From: Lytechinus pictus
Taxonomy: Eukaryota
Reading direction: 5' to 3'
Length of the DNA: 64,000 bases
NCBI RefSeq assembly: GCF_037042905.1
Contig: NC_087261.1
Location: 29,636,001 to 29,700,000, forward strand
Of the stretch, positions 52,901 to 64,000 are shown piece after piece (position 1 is the first letter of the stretch; each line of letters begins with the position of its first letter). The position numbers were made by a program, and so were the translations under genes. The notes below the pieces were generated by a model, which saw nothing but the letters and a program-made list of their open reading frames with translations, did no database searches and was not told the origin of the DNA.

Positions 52901-54391
52901 GAAATTGGCAAAATACGAAAGAAGGATGGGGGACTCCGGCGGTCCCATAAGGGGGGGGGGGGGCTAGGCTTTGCTACGCCCTCATTTCTTTATAATGTAG
53001 CTGATAGAGAAAAATATAATGTTACAGAGGTCGCTTTTTGGTGTCATTTTATCGCAATATCGAGTAATATATGGTATTTGCCCTTTAACTAAGCAAATTA
53101 AGACATACATACTGTCATGAAGCGTTTCAGTATTATCGGTATATAATATCCTCTTTCGTGTCGAATGCTGATATTTTGCAGTAGTTGCTTATGTTAATGA
53201 TTGAACAGATAGATATCAATGCACATGAAAATTTTTGACCACATTCATTGCAATTTCGTGGTAAATTTTATTTCAAAATATGTTAGCTTTCCAGAAAACG
53301 AATTCAATCGATTTCTACTATCCGAATCATAGTGAAATGCGTATTCATTTAAGATTGTTCCATTGTCACACTCTGTGCAAAAAACATGAAAATAATTACT
53401 TTTCATTAAAAAAATCCAAGAGGGCCGCCAAAGATATCAATTTTGAACCCCGTTGGACACGATTTTGCGAAGTGAACATCAAGATTCATTAACTAGACAC
53501 TTCAGGCAAATACAAAAACGTTGAGTGAAAAATATATTATGATGGTGCAAAGGAACTCCCATTTCCGACTCTAAAACAATAATGCAGTCATACATGGTAT
53601 AGGTTAATTGTTGAAAACTAGGCTGAAAACGTAGCCTATAGACTGCCCAGTAGGCAATCAACTTTGCTGAAATCATTTATTCATCAGCAGAGACATAATG
53701 CAGATGAAAATATGTTGTTTGGAAGATTTAATATCATGCAAAATGCAGGAAACATCAATAAAGTAGGCATATCGTTCGCACACCTCAGCTATATGGTGAA
53801 AATAGGCCAAAAACGCACGATTTCTAGGTGCGCACCATATTTAAAAGGGGGCTGAAATCACAGTCTATAATGTCATTTCCAATTACTGACATATATTTTC
53901 TTGAAGTAGAGATATAGATGAAGAGAATGATATTATGCTTGAGAGGAAATATATCAAATAAAGTACACTAAAAAAGAAAATAAATTTCTGAATCGATTTT
54001 CGACAATTTTTGAAGCAAGAAATCTCCCAAACTAATGATATGCAAATTTCATTACGTAATTTGCATATGTAAACAATAAAATCTGTTCGTGAAATTTTGC
54101 ATATCTTTTGTGCACTATTTGAACAATATATTTTGAAAGTTTCATACAAAACAAGCATGGTTTGGCTGAGATATTATCCCTTGACTTCATGCTATGTGTA
54201 GAATGTCTGAAAAATTGTGAAATAGGGCCATTGTGTAATGACGTCATATATTACGTCATTTCGGAGAGAAGACCACGGATATAACCCGGCAGCAATGCAT
54301 GTTTGTATACGTCAGGGTCCATGCCATCTAGCTATGGGGTCATTTGCTTGTCCGGCTTTCGGTTGAATAAACATCCTGGGCTGCCGGACTA
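49946..54391. mobile_element. Academ-like non-autonomous DNA transposon with ~1 kb TIRs, in intron 1
   Basis: ata|tagtccggcagcccagga ... tcctgggctgccggacta|ata; 49946-~50976 is inverted at ~53347-54391 (mirror ORFs in the track). Confidence 0.85.
51500..53012. repeat. Inverted array of ~180-220 bp tandem units (foldback-like) inside the Academ-like element
   Basis: tctctatcagctacatataaaga units (3) then tatgtagcagatagagga units (5); orientation flips at ~52030. Confidence 0.75.
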
Positions 54392-54669
54392 ATACTTGAT
54401 ACAAAAGGGTCATGGTTTACAACGTATGCAAAGAAATAAGGGTTCCACTGGTTACAAAAGGAACACATACAGAGTATGAACAGTTTCAGAATACGACTAG
54501 TTTCTTGCACGTTTCATGATAACATAAACAATCAAAATTGGGTATGATTACAATCGACATACACGTCACAATATTAAATGACTCAAAGAAACACATTAAA
54601 ATTACTATAATATTCAGGACGATGCCATATGCATAAATAATAAAATATATTGGTAATTAGCACCGGACA

Positions 54670-54900
54670 AGGTGCTAAGATATAGCGCCCGCCCATGAAC
54701 GGGAGGTCGCGGGTTCGACCTCAGGCCGAGTCCTACAAAAGGTTTATAGATAAATGCGACCTTGCACCTTCTTAACAGAAGGTAGAAGGCCAGTGACAAC
54801 ATTATGCAGCATCCACTGGCCAGGAGAACAGTTCTTAAGAGCTGTAGTTGCTACATCAATAAATAATGATAACTATTATTATTCTCTTTTTATTACTATT
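54670..54900 (+). mobile_element. Degenerate tRNA-derived SINE
   Basis: gaggtcgcgggttcgacctc B-box-like head; ggagaacagttcttaagagctg tail; (att)n end. Confidence 0.5.
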
Positions 54901-55359
54901 ATTATTATCATTACTATTTATATTATTACTTTAATTAATATCACCACTTCTATTATCGTTGTTGTTGTTAGTGTGATTGCGTGGTGATTGATGATAGCAG
55001 TTATTGTGATTGTTTTTGCATGCTGGAAAATGGTGCAGATCAAAAAACTGATTCTGAAAACACAATCATGTTCCTCCCTTTTTCTTTCTGTCATTTTGGT
55101 AACACTTTAAAGTGTTTCCACACTCTTTATTCTTACTTTTCTCTTTCTGTCTTTTTCCTCTTTTGCTTATTTCTTTCTCTTTTCCCTTTGTTTCTTTCCT
55201 AATTTAGCTCCGTGGTTCTTTCTGTCTTTCTTTTTTTATTTTGTCCTTCTTTCTTTGTTATAGCCCTTTATTTAACATTGTCAAATTATTCACTCTCTTC
55301 ATTTGGGATACATCTTTTCAATATTTCATCAGTTTAATTAATCCCTAATATTATTGCAG

Positions 55360-55623
55360 GATACATCGGTTGTTATCCGGTGGGATATCATGTCCAATCT
55401 GTTTTCAACCATCAACCATACAACACGACGACAGTAGACGAATGCTTGCTGTTTTGCAGAGACGATTTTGAAAAACATGCCTCCATTTTGGGAAATTCGT
55501 GTTTTTGCAGCAACAGCATTCCCGATGACAGCGGGACAATCGAATAGGCTGAAAACGACTGGTGCGATAAGAATTGTTCGGGAAACTCTGGTCAGAAATG
55601 TGGTGGGAGGGCGCACTACTCAG
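55360..55623 (+). CDS. Exon 2: WSC domain, with in-frame TAG at 55545-55547
   Basis: ttgcag acceptor, CAG|GTAATT donor, phase 1-1. Translates YIGCY...TTVDECLLFC...SCFCSN...IE*AENDWCDKNCSGNSGQKCGG, the 8-Cys WSC pattern. Confidence 0.85.
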
Positions 55624-55799
55624 GTAATTTTTTTTCTACAATTATTATAAATCAACATCGGCAAACGTCGATAATTCACTTTGTCATCCCCTTCACATAA
55701 ATCTTGTTTCTCTCGCAATTTCATTCTTGCTTAATCTTTCACGTTTAAGGCCCCCCATTTTCTGCTTTGTTTTGCTCTTCCTTTCTCAGTTTTTACCTT

Positions 55800-55970
55800 T
55801 CTTTTTCCTTCTATTTTTCTTCTCCTCCTTTTCTTTCTTCTTCTTCATCATCATCTTCGTCTTCTTCTGTTTCTTCTTCTTCTTCTTCTACTTCATATTA
55901 TTCTTTTTGTTCTGATCCTTCTCACTCACTTCTTCTTCTTGTTCTTTCGGGTCTTGTTCTTCTTCTTATC
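55800..55970. repeat. Imperfect (TCT)n microsatellite
   Basis: Directly visible. Confidence 0.85.
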
Positions 55971-57539
55971 CTCTATATTACACACAGGTATGAGTTTTAG
56001 GGCTTTATGAATGTGGCGTGTGATCCGTCGAACAATAAACAAGACCCAAGCATCAAACCGTATATTCGTTTACAGACAGTGCGATCGGTCCAATCTGCTA
56101 TTTAATAGAGAGTAAACAATAAACACCAGTGGCTGTATAAACTGACTGGGCATAAACATGTCATATAGAAATAATATTTGCTGTCTCTGACTTCAAAACA
56201 AAACAAATGAATGTTGACTTGCATAACAACTTACAAAATACTGTATCTATTCAACAACTAATAATTACCTTGACATGATTCAAGGTCATATGAAGTATTA
56301 GTATACTGTATAGTATGTCATTCACTGATTGTTTGCCACAAATTCCACTTTTTTTGTTAAACAACTTTCATGAAAAAATACGACTTTAAATGTATTTCTT
56401 TTTTACATTTTTGTTATGTTAACATAGTAAATGACAATGCATTCATCCCGTGCCCGAAGGCGCCAAATTCAAGTTGCTTGCCTTTACACGATTAACTACG
56501 CTGCATAAGACTGTACATGTACGCAACATTTCCATGTGAACTAATTAATTTGGCCTCCGTAACTTTAATTTGATTACTTACAAAACATATTTCTCCATGC
56601 CACTCGGCTTAGATGATAATGTAACAAATAAACTTTGATATAACAAATGATACTCACATCATTGGGCTCGTATCACGAAATCTCAAGAAATTAAACAGCA
56701 ACTATGGGCAAACGGCACAATTTAGATGATGAGACATAATAGCAATACGCATCAATCGGTAAATTCACATTGATATCATCGATTTACAAGAAGAAACAAG
56801 AAATTCATAACAAATTAAGCAGTTATAAAAAAATCATAATAATTCTTTGCACGACAATGAATATATAAGAAAGTATGTTGCTAAGATAACATAGGTTTTC
56901 TGTTTGTTATGCTATTAGAAAAACATTAAAACAATTTATGACTGCACCAATCATTGATCGTGGACCAATATTAGGCATATCATATTCATCTTACGTTTCT
57001 TTCCGAATTCCTCTTTATCTTTTTCTACTTAGATTAGTCTTCATATCCTTCGAGTTTATGTTCGTATGCTTATTCGTCTTGTTTTACATTGTTTTCATCT
57101 ACATCAAACCCATTCACATTCCTTTTAAATAGGAAACACAGTTGAAATAAAGATACATTAATTCTTTATTCTTTATCGAGGCACTTCACCAAACATGCCC
57201 AATGCCATTTGAGAGGAACTTGTAAAAAATTCATGTTTCAATTTCATATACTAACGTGTTCAAGAGATACTTTCCAAACGATTCCAAACTATCTATTTGC
57301 ATTGAGTGGAAATTAATACGAAACATCAACACGCATGGCGATACAGCCGTTCACATTGATACACTTTTTCCAGATTACAGTGACATCCAATTAAATACAA
57401 ACAACCCTATTAATTGACTAATTTTAATTAATAGGTAATTACTCATCGAGGATAATATCTTTGGTTTGTTTTGTTACTAATAATATTTTCATTATATATT
57501 CTGTTTGACTTTTAACGATGTATTAACGCCTATCAATAT

Positions 57540-57646
57540 GGCGGCTTAGCTACAACCGGGGTAATAATATGATACCAAGTATCAAAGCGCAGTTGAGTAT
57601 ATGCACATAGTATTCTGCGCTATATAAATGGACATATTATTATTAT
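57540..57646 (+). mobile_element. SINE/L2-type 3' tail fragment
   Basis: ccggggtaataat (shared with the SINE at 44880), then aagcgcag...tgcgctatataaat and (att)n. Confidence 0.6.
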
Positions 57647-57868
57647 GTATGGGATAGTAGCTACAGTGAAAATCGATCTTGCGCTGCTCAGTGTCTGCCG
57701 GACCAAAGAGAAGAGGGGAAATTATTTTTTAGAGCATTTGTATTCCAGATACCGATTTCGAACAATGACAGTATGGATTTTCGTTTTCGTTGGTCATATG
57801 TTTAATAAGCAATATACATTTATCGGGGTGATTGAAATTTTGTAATTTTTTCATCATCAAATCCGCAG

Positions 57869-58072
57869 TGTTTAACACAACAGTTGGCATCTGTCCGCCG
57901 TTGATGCCGCCGTCAAATGGTGGAGTGAGCCGAATACTCTTTCGAGAAGGAGAACGGGTCAATTTTAGCTGTCGACCTGGCTATTCCCTGATTGGAAATG
58001 ATACCATAGAGTGTTTAAGTTCCCAATGGGAGACTGGAAAACCTATCTGGAGTGGAGATGCACCAAAATGTG
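57869..58072 (+). CDS. Exon 3: Sushi/CCP domain
   Basis: ccgcag acceptor, G|GTAGGA donor, phase 1-1. CPPLMPPSNG...GERVNFSCRPGYSLIGNDTIEC...WSGDAPKC. Confidence 0.9.
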
Positions 58073-60289
58073 GTAGGAACAACAATATTCCGCACGTTGC
58101 TATCAGATATGTAAGGACATGTTTACCATCGCCAATTGGAAGTCTTATTTTTTTTATCTAATCCTCAATGATTGCTAAGTTTCAGTTTCGTTCATGACAT
58201 TTCCAAGTAGATTGAAAAATAATATTCGATGTAGCAATCTGACAGCCATGCATATAATTTATTATCAAAAATATACGATCGATTACATTTATTATACGAA
58301 AATAATTACAGCTGACACACTTAGCGTAATTTGATCTTGAAGGGAAAATATCAAAGTTCACACGGATTATTTATTTCATCGTCTACTATCATTCTGTAGT
58401 AGTAATGAACAGATACGTAAAAGATTTGATAAAGAATAATTGAAACATTAATTTCCGCATTCATCGTACATGAATGAATATACATATTATATCACATAGT
58501 GAATACAATTATCTTTAAATGTCTTCTTTTATATTCAAAATCCTTTTCACCAGCGCACTTTCATTACTTGCTTGATGTTCTTTTTCTGGTTCTGTATCGG
58601 TGCTGAAATCAAATCACGAATAGCACCTTCGGCAGTTATTTCAAAGATACTATTTTTCTTATGTCTTAAGTCAGGTCATGATTAATATTTCAATTTTTTT
58701 CCAGAAATAACCAACCAAACCGCATCTGAGGATAAAGGTAAATATTACTGCACACTCTCCTTGCAAAAATAGTGAATAGTGAGAGTGCGATGAACGTGCA
58801 TAGTCCATAACATTGTCGCGTATGAGATATGCATGTATCCACTTTTAAGGGCGGGGGAGGGTAAAATGTAAAAAAAAAAAACCTATAATCAAAGCCAGGG
58901 TGGAGCAAGCCAAACGAACTGATGATAACCCCCCCCCCCCTTAATTCTAGATTAATTAACCAAAATTAACAGACTTAAAAGTAAAATTGATTAAAATCAA
59001 AAGTAATTGATGAAAGTTCAGGGTCAACTGCCTACTTTTCATTGAGTGCAGGTCATAGCTCAATGATTTATCACAAGAGGATTTGTTTTATAGCTGAGAA
59101 GAAATGATTCCAAGAGATCATTAATTGTATTAAATGCCAACGTTCTGCCTAAGCACCCATCTATCACCCAAATTGACTCAGCAATGATTAATCTCCTTTA
59201 AAGTTAAGTACATGTAGGTTCTAATAGAATTTCAACAAATAAATTAATAAATATACAAATTCAAGATGTGACAAGCAGCCAGATAAATCAAAAACAATTT
59301 GGTCGCCATAAAAATATCAGTAAAATAATTAAATATTAATTTGCTTTTCAGGAAATGAAACCTAGATTAAAAAAAAAACATGAAAAATTGGGTGATCTAA
59401 AAGAGTAAGCCTTTTTTTCTGGATCTTCTTCTACTCCTTAATACTTTCAAAGGTTGTTTAGCGACGAAAAAAAATCTAACTCTATCTTTTCTGACTACGA
59501 GGAAGTTATACTGTACAGTGTGCACATGTAATGCTTATGTGAGCTTCTAACTTGAAACCTTACTTACATTTTAAGCAATACATTACAGCTACATTTAATC
59601 AAGTTCTTGTGTGGATTATTGCTGATCAATTTTGATAGATTATGTATTATTTTAAAGCTTAGGGTGTGCCTTATCAAGATCAATTAAAGTATTTAAAAAA
59701 TCCAGCGACCTATTACTGCTTTCGGGGTGGCGGGTCACATACGAAATAAGAAAAGAGAAACAAAATTAGAGATATGACCGCATTCCTGATCGATTGCCAT
59801 TATTATGCTGTGCATTATTTGTAAAATGTAGTATTTTCCCCCGTTTCCTTTGTAAGCTGGTAAGGGAGTGTATTTTTTTTTTTTCAATTTAATTATCAAA
59901 TAAAGCTTTGCTTTTTCCTATTTGCGCTTTAAATCATTTAAAGCAATACAAACCAATTATAATGGATAACCTAATGAATGTTAATACCGTTTTACAAATT
60001 ATGTGTACATAATCATAATATGTCATATTGCAAGATTTACATGTAACAACAATGTCTATTTGGATTAAATCGACTTCCGCCTATTTACATATTTTTGGGG
60101 TAATCATCGATTACATTTATTTTCTCGGTTTCTTTCATTTCTGATTAGAGATGTATAGGGCAAATATACGCGATTGTGTCAGATTAACATGTTTAAACAA
60201 TATCAACATTTCAATTCAGTTATATTGGTCGACTGATTGATTTATGAAATTGATTCCACTCGTATCGTTTTCTCTTCTTTGTTTTTCAG

Positions 60290-60383
60290 GAGCATCAGGA
60301 GCATGGTCCCTGGGATGGGTTCGGTTGCTAATTGTTGTAGCTGTTTTAATAGCTGGGACTTTCTTAATCATTCTGATTTTCTT
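60290..60383 (+). CDS. Exon 4: transmembrane helix
   Basis: Polypyrimidine tract plus ttcag acceptor, TT|GTAAGT donor, phase 1-2. GASGAWSLGWVRLLIVVAVLIAGTFLIILIF. Confidence 0.85.
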
Positions 60384-60619
60384 GTAAGTGATGTGTACTC
60401 CCTAATCAATTTGCGAACTCAATTTTGAACAGCGCCAACTTGAAACCTGAGCTAGTCATTTAGTTTCTGGACCCTTGCACAGGATGAAACATTTCGATTA
60501 TGAAGTCTTATCACACATTTCACATGAGGCCAATTATATTTTAATACCACTTTTCTATATCTATTATTATTATTATTATTTATTTTTTCATTTTAATAAA
60601 ACGTAAAAAATACCATCAG

Positions 60620-60774
60620 GGGCTTGTTTCATAAAGGACTTACAACTGTTGTAACTTTGCCATAATGGCAACTACCATGGTGACAGGGCTCAGCAGCCTA
60701 TCAAAATCAGATTTCCATGGTAGTTGCCATAATAGCAAAGTTACAACAGTTATAACTCCTAATAATTCGTGCCC
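60620..60774. mobile_element. Harbinger-like MITE
   Basis: Inverted arms caactgttgtaactttgccataatggcaactaccatgg / ccatggtagttgccataatagcaaagttacaacagtt; CWG flanks. Confidence 0.75.
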
Positions 60775-61102
60775 CTGGTTGTGATTTTTGTCATGGTCAG
60801 TAGTTTTCAATCACTAGTTAACTGGGCGGATAATCATCTTCGAATTGAGGAAAAAGAAGGAAATTTGAAATAATGGGAGAAAATGAATTTCATACAGCCG
60901 AGGGACATTGACAATGTGTTATGAACTTTAAGAAATGCCATGATGACACACAATTGTGCTAGACTGAAGCGTAGACCATATCCATAACATAATTGAAATA
61001 AAAATACAGATGGATTGATATGTTAACCTTTTCTCTTCAAAATCGTTATTCCTTTTCCTTTCACCTTTCAATAAAGTCACATTATTATTATTTTCTTTTT
61101 AG

Positions 61103-61949
61103 TACGTTGAGGGCGCGTCGTTGTTGTCCAAAAAAATCACGCACTCGTACTTTAACCACGAGAGAAGACTTCTCCATGCCAGATTGTGCCATGGCCAGTA
61201 CGCTCGATTCCAAGCACAGTCCTAGGATCCTTACCCGAAGTTACAGAAGCTTCTCATTCGAGAATAGTTCAGAGGTGAACTGGGAAGATGATCAGGAGAA
61301 GGATGACGCTAATGATGCAGTCACGACTACGAGCATGGGAACCGCGGTAAAATCACGATTAAAGGCCCCTGAGAACGACGATCAGGGAAACAAAACACAA
61401 CCAAGCGCTGACAATAGTTGCCCAGGATCTTCTAAGAAAAAAGGGGGCACCAACAGGATAAACTCTTTCGCGGATATCTTAAGGCCATCATTTCCTGGAA
61501 GAGCAAAACAAGGAACTGAAATAGCTTCTAGCTGCACCTCCACCAAACCACCCAATGTCCCCAAAAAGCCCTCTAAACTCGAAGAAGCTTCAAGGCCGAA
61601 TGTCGAGTATACTTCTATCAAACCTCGCTGCAAATCTGCCTATATTCCGAATACTCAGAAATGGAAAAGCAAATCCGTACAGCAAGAGACCAAGAAGACA
61701 GGAGATGTCAGCCAGGACGATGACAGACGACGTAACCATGTCCATAATCAACACGATCGAAAGTCAGATATGTATTGCAATACAGCTGAAATAGCTAGTA
61801 GATGGCGTGTCAAGCAAGGCATTCAAGTAGATCAAGATGGAGAAGGAACAGGATCTGAAAACGTAAGGTCAAGACCAGCCGTAATGCCACGACCAAAACT
61901 CCCCAAATTTAGATATCGCGAGTGCTTTTCAATGCAAGAGCTAGATTGA
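61103..61949 (+). CDS. Exon 5: cytoplasmic tail (~281 aa, likely disordered)
   Basis: ttttctttttag acceptor in phase 2 joins ORF 61020-61949: TLRARRCCPKK (stop-transfer, Cys pair), PPNVPKKP, VEYTSI, MYCN, PAVMPRPKLP. Confidence 0.85.
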
Positions 61950-62715
61950 GGATTGTGATATTGCAATATTATCTCTTCTCTTGTGAAAGAATATATAAAT
62001 ACTATTGCTTTTAGAAACATACAGGTTTAAAACACATTTCTACGTTGGGTAATTAAACTGACCCAATGCGCCCAGCTTGGAGTGGTTCCATCACAGCAGA
62101 ACGTCTCTTGAATCTACTTCCGGGGACACATAGCGGATACTGGAAAACGTTTCAGATGTACTTGACTAGAAATGATATTATGCGAACATGATAAGGCAGC
62201 ATGATGATTCATTTACAGTATCAGATACTCGAAGAGAACATTGAGACCTCTGTCTTCTGATTACTTATTGATAAAAAAATGGCATAGAAAGATAAATATG
62301 TCGCGGTGCGATGGGCCACCCGGTCCATATGCTGGCACCACATTCATGGCAACAGCCTAGACAAACTATCTGAACCAGAATACAAACTTATACTTACAGG
62401 AAAATGATGTGTATAATATACACATTAATTTCATTTAAGTAATCATTTGCTATACTACAGGAAAACGATTTCGATCTACAATATGTGTGTATATTCTCTT
62501 TGCACGTTACTCACTTAAAAGTAAAAGCACACAGAGAATGGTGTACATAATATGACAGTTATCAGTTACCGTCAAACATAATATCATATGTATATATTCT
62601 GCGTTACACTGTTACATTTTTCAAGAAATATTAAAACATTTGGCATTGTAATGTCTGCGAAGAATGCGTCCTGTTAAAACAAATAAAAAAAAATAAAAAA
62701 AAGCTAATCATGTTC

Positions 62716-63035
62716 TGTGTGTGTGTGTGTGTTGGTAGAGTGGTGGGTATGTTGACAGAGTGGTGGGTGGGTGTGTGGATAGAGTGGTGGGTGGGGTGTG
62801 TGGATAGAGTGGTGGGTGGGTGTATTGGTAGATTGGTGGGTGGGTGTGTTGACAGAGTGGTGGGTGGGTGTGTGGATAGAGTGGTGGGTGGGTGTATTGG
62901 TAGATTGGTGGTTGGGTGTATTGGTAGATTGGTGGGTGGGTGTGTTGACAGAGTGGTGGGCGGGGTGTTGACAGAGTGGTGGGTGGGTGTGGGTAGAGTG
63001 GTGGTTGGGTGTATTGGTATATTTTGTGGATGGGT
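62716..63035 (+). repeat. GT-rich 24-bp minisatellite
   Basis: Units such as ggtgggtgggtgtgtggatagagt and ggtgggtgggtgtattggtagatt. Confidence 0.9.
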
Positions 63036-63084
63036 CGGGATAATGACAGACCTCAGACACAGTTGTTTGGGAATTTTGTTCAGC

Positions 63085-64000
63085 ATATTAAAATTTTAGG
63101 TGTTTATTTTTCCCTTAATGTTATATTAAAAGAAGACATGAATTACAAAGAAATACTTAGTAACATAAAAAGACTGTTGGGATGGTGAAAACAAAGGGAT
63201 CTCACACTTATGGGGAAAATTCACTTGTTAAAAACATATGCATTGTCAAGGCTAAACTTTGTTTCGTCACTAATAGTGGTTCCTCAGTGGTTGTATGCTG
63301 AGGTTGAAAAGATCACATTTGAATTTTTATGGTCCGGAAAAGATCGGATAAAGATAATTATAATGTACCAGGATTACTCACAAGGGGGTTTAAAAATGAT
63401 GAATTTTAAGTTGTTTGTAAAGTCTCAACGTTTAATGTGGCTTAAACGATTACTTTACGGAGAACGAGATGCAGGATGGAAGTTGTATTTTGATTTTTGT
63501 TTTCGATCAGTTGGGGGGAGATTTCTGTTTCTATGTGACTTTGACACTTCAAAATTAAATACAAAAATGCCCCCATTTTATTCAGAAATGATGAAGGCTT
63601 GGCAAGACTTAAGGAGATTTCGTTATTCTGAAGAGGAGGTTAACCCTATTATATTCAATAATCAACATATTTGTATAAAAGGTAAAACAATTTTTGACAA
63701 TGATCTTTTTAATAAAGGAATATTTAGCGTTGATCAAATCTTTGATAATGGCCACTTGAAGCCTGTGACTTTTTTTCAAAATCTCGGTATTACCGCAAAT
63801 CAACTTCTCCAAATAATAGATATTGTGCACGTTATACCAGCAAGCTGGAAAAATTTTAATAGTTTAATAAAGTTTAAAAAATTGATTTGGTAGACTTTGG
63901 GATAAATATGAATATTGGAAAACAGGAAACAGCTTTTGAAGTAATTCAAAAACAATTTATAACTTGTTTATTACTAAGCTACAAGAGCTATGCAAGTTAA
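63085..64000 (+). mobile_element. L1/Tx1-clade LINE ORF2 C-terminal region (5'-truncated), running off the window
   Basis: KILGVYF, W*KQRDLTLMGKIHLLKTYALSRLNF, FLWSGKDRIK, GGL motifs; TGA at 63186. Confidence 0.85.

Noticed and set aside
50090-54247. Mirror-image ORF pairs (71, 91 and 64 aa) as duplicated genes
   Set aside because: They are by-products of the ~1 kb TIRs and have no recognisable domains.
55545-55547. Selenocysteine or pyrrolysine recoding of the internal stop
   Set aside because: The codon is TAG, not TGA, and is not at a Cys position; pyrrolysine is not known in animals.
58073-58116. Alternative donor (tat|gtaagg at 58111) for the Sushi exon
   Set aside because: It would end in phase 0, incompatible with the phase-1 TM exon unless an unseen exon intervenes.
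61020-61102. N-terminus of the 309-aa ORF as a standalone gene start
   Set aside because: This part is an intronic polypyrimidine tract; the acceptor at 61101-61102 joins in phase with the TM exon.
62631-63099. Thr/Pro/His-rich and Gly/Val-rich ORFs
   Set aside because: Translations of a 24-bp minisatellite that is open in several frames.

Overview
AT-rich, repeat-dense eukaryotic genomic DNA. The repeat families and gene types suggest an echinoderm, probably a sea urchin (inference). Two host-gene systems are visible. (1) A tandem + strand cluster of four intronless class A (rhodopsin-like) GPCR paralogues: one intact (17511-18719), one broken by a single indel (27207-28258) and two pseudogenes (24325-25316, 39327-40376). 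All share a Trp-rich WLWxPIxWxWW motif before TM1. (2) A five-exon gene not assembled by the ORF track (49498-61949, +): signal peptide, WSC domain, Sushi/CCP domain, TM helix and a long tail with ITIM-like, YxN and PxxP motifs. All splice phases are compatible (1509 nt), but there is one in-frame TAG inside the symmetric WSC exon. The rest is nested mobile DNA: a Ginger-like foldback, an Academ-like element with ~1 kb TIRs, hAT-, Tc1-, Sola-, Kolobok-, Harbinger-, MULE- and CMC-like non-autonomous elements, L2/CR1 and Tx1 LINE remnants, tRNA-derived SINEs, and a Penelope-type hammerhead ribozyme motif. Superfamily calls rest on termini and TSD signatures read by eye; no database searches were run.
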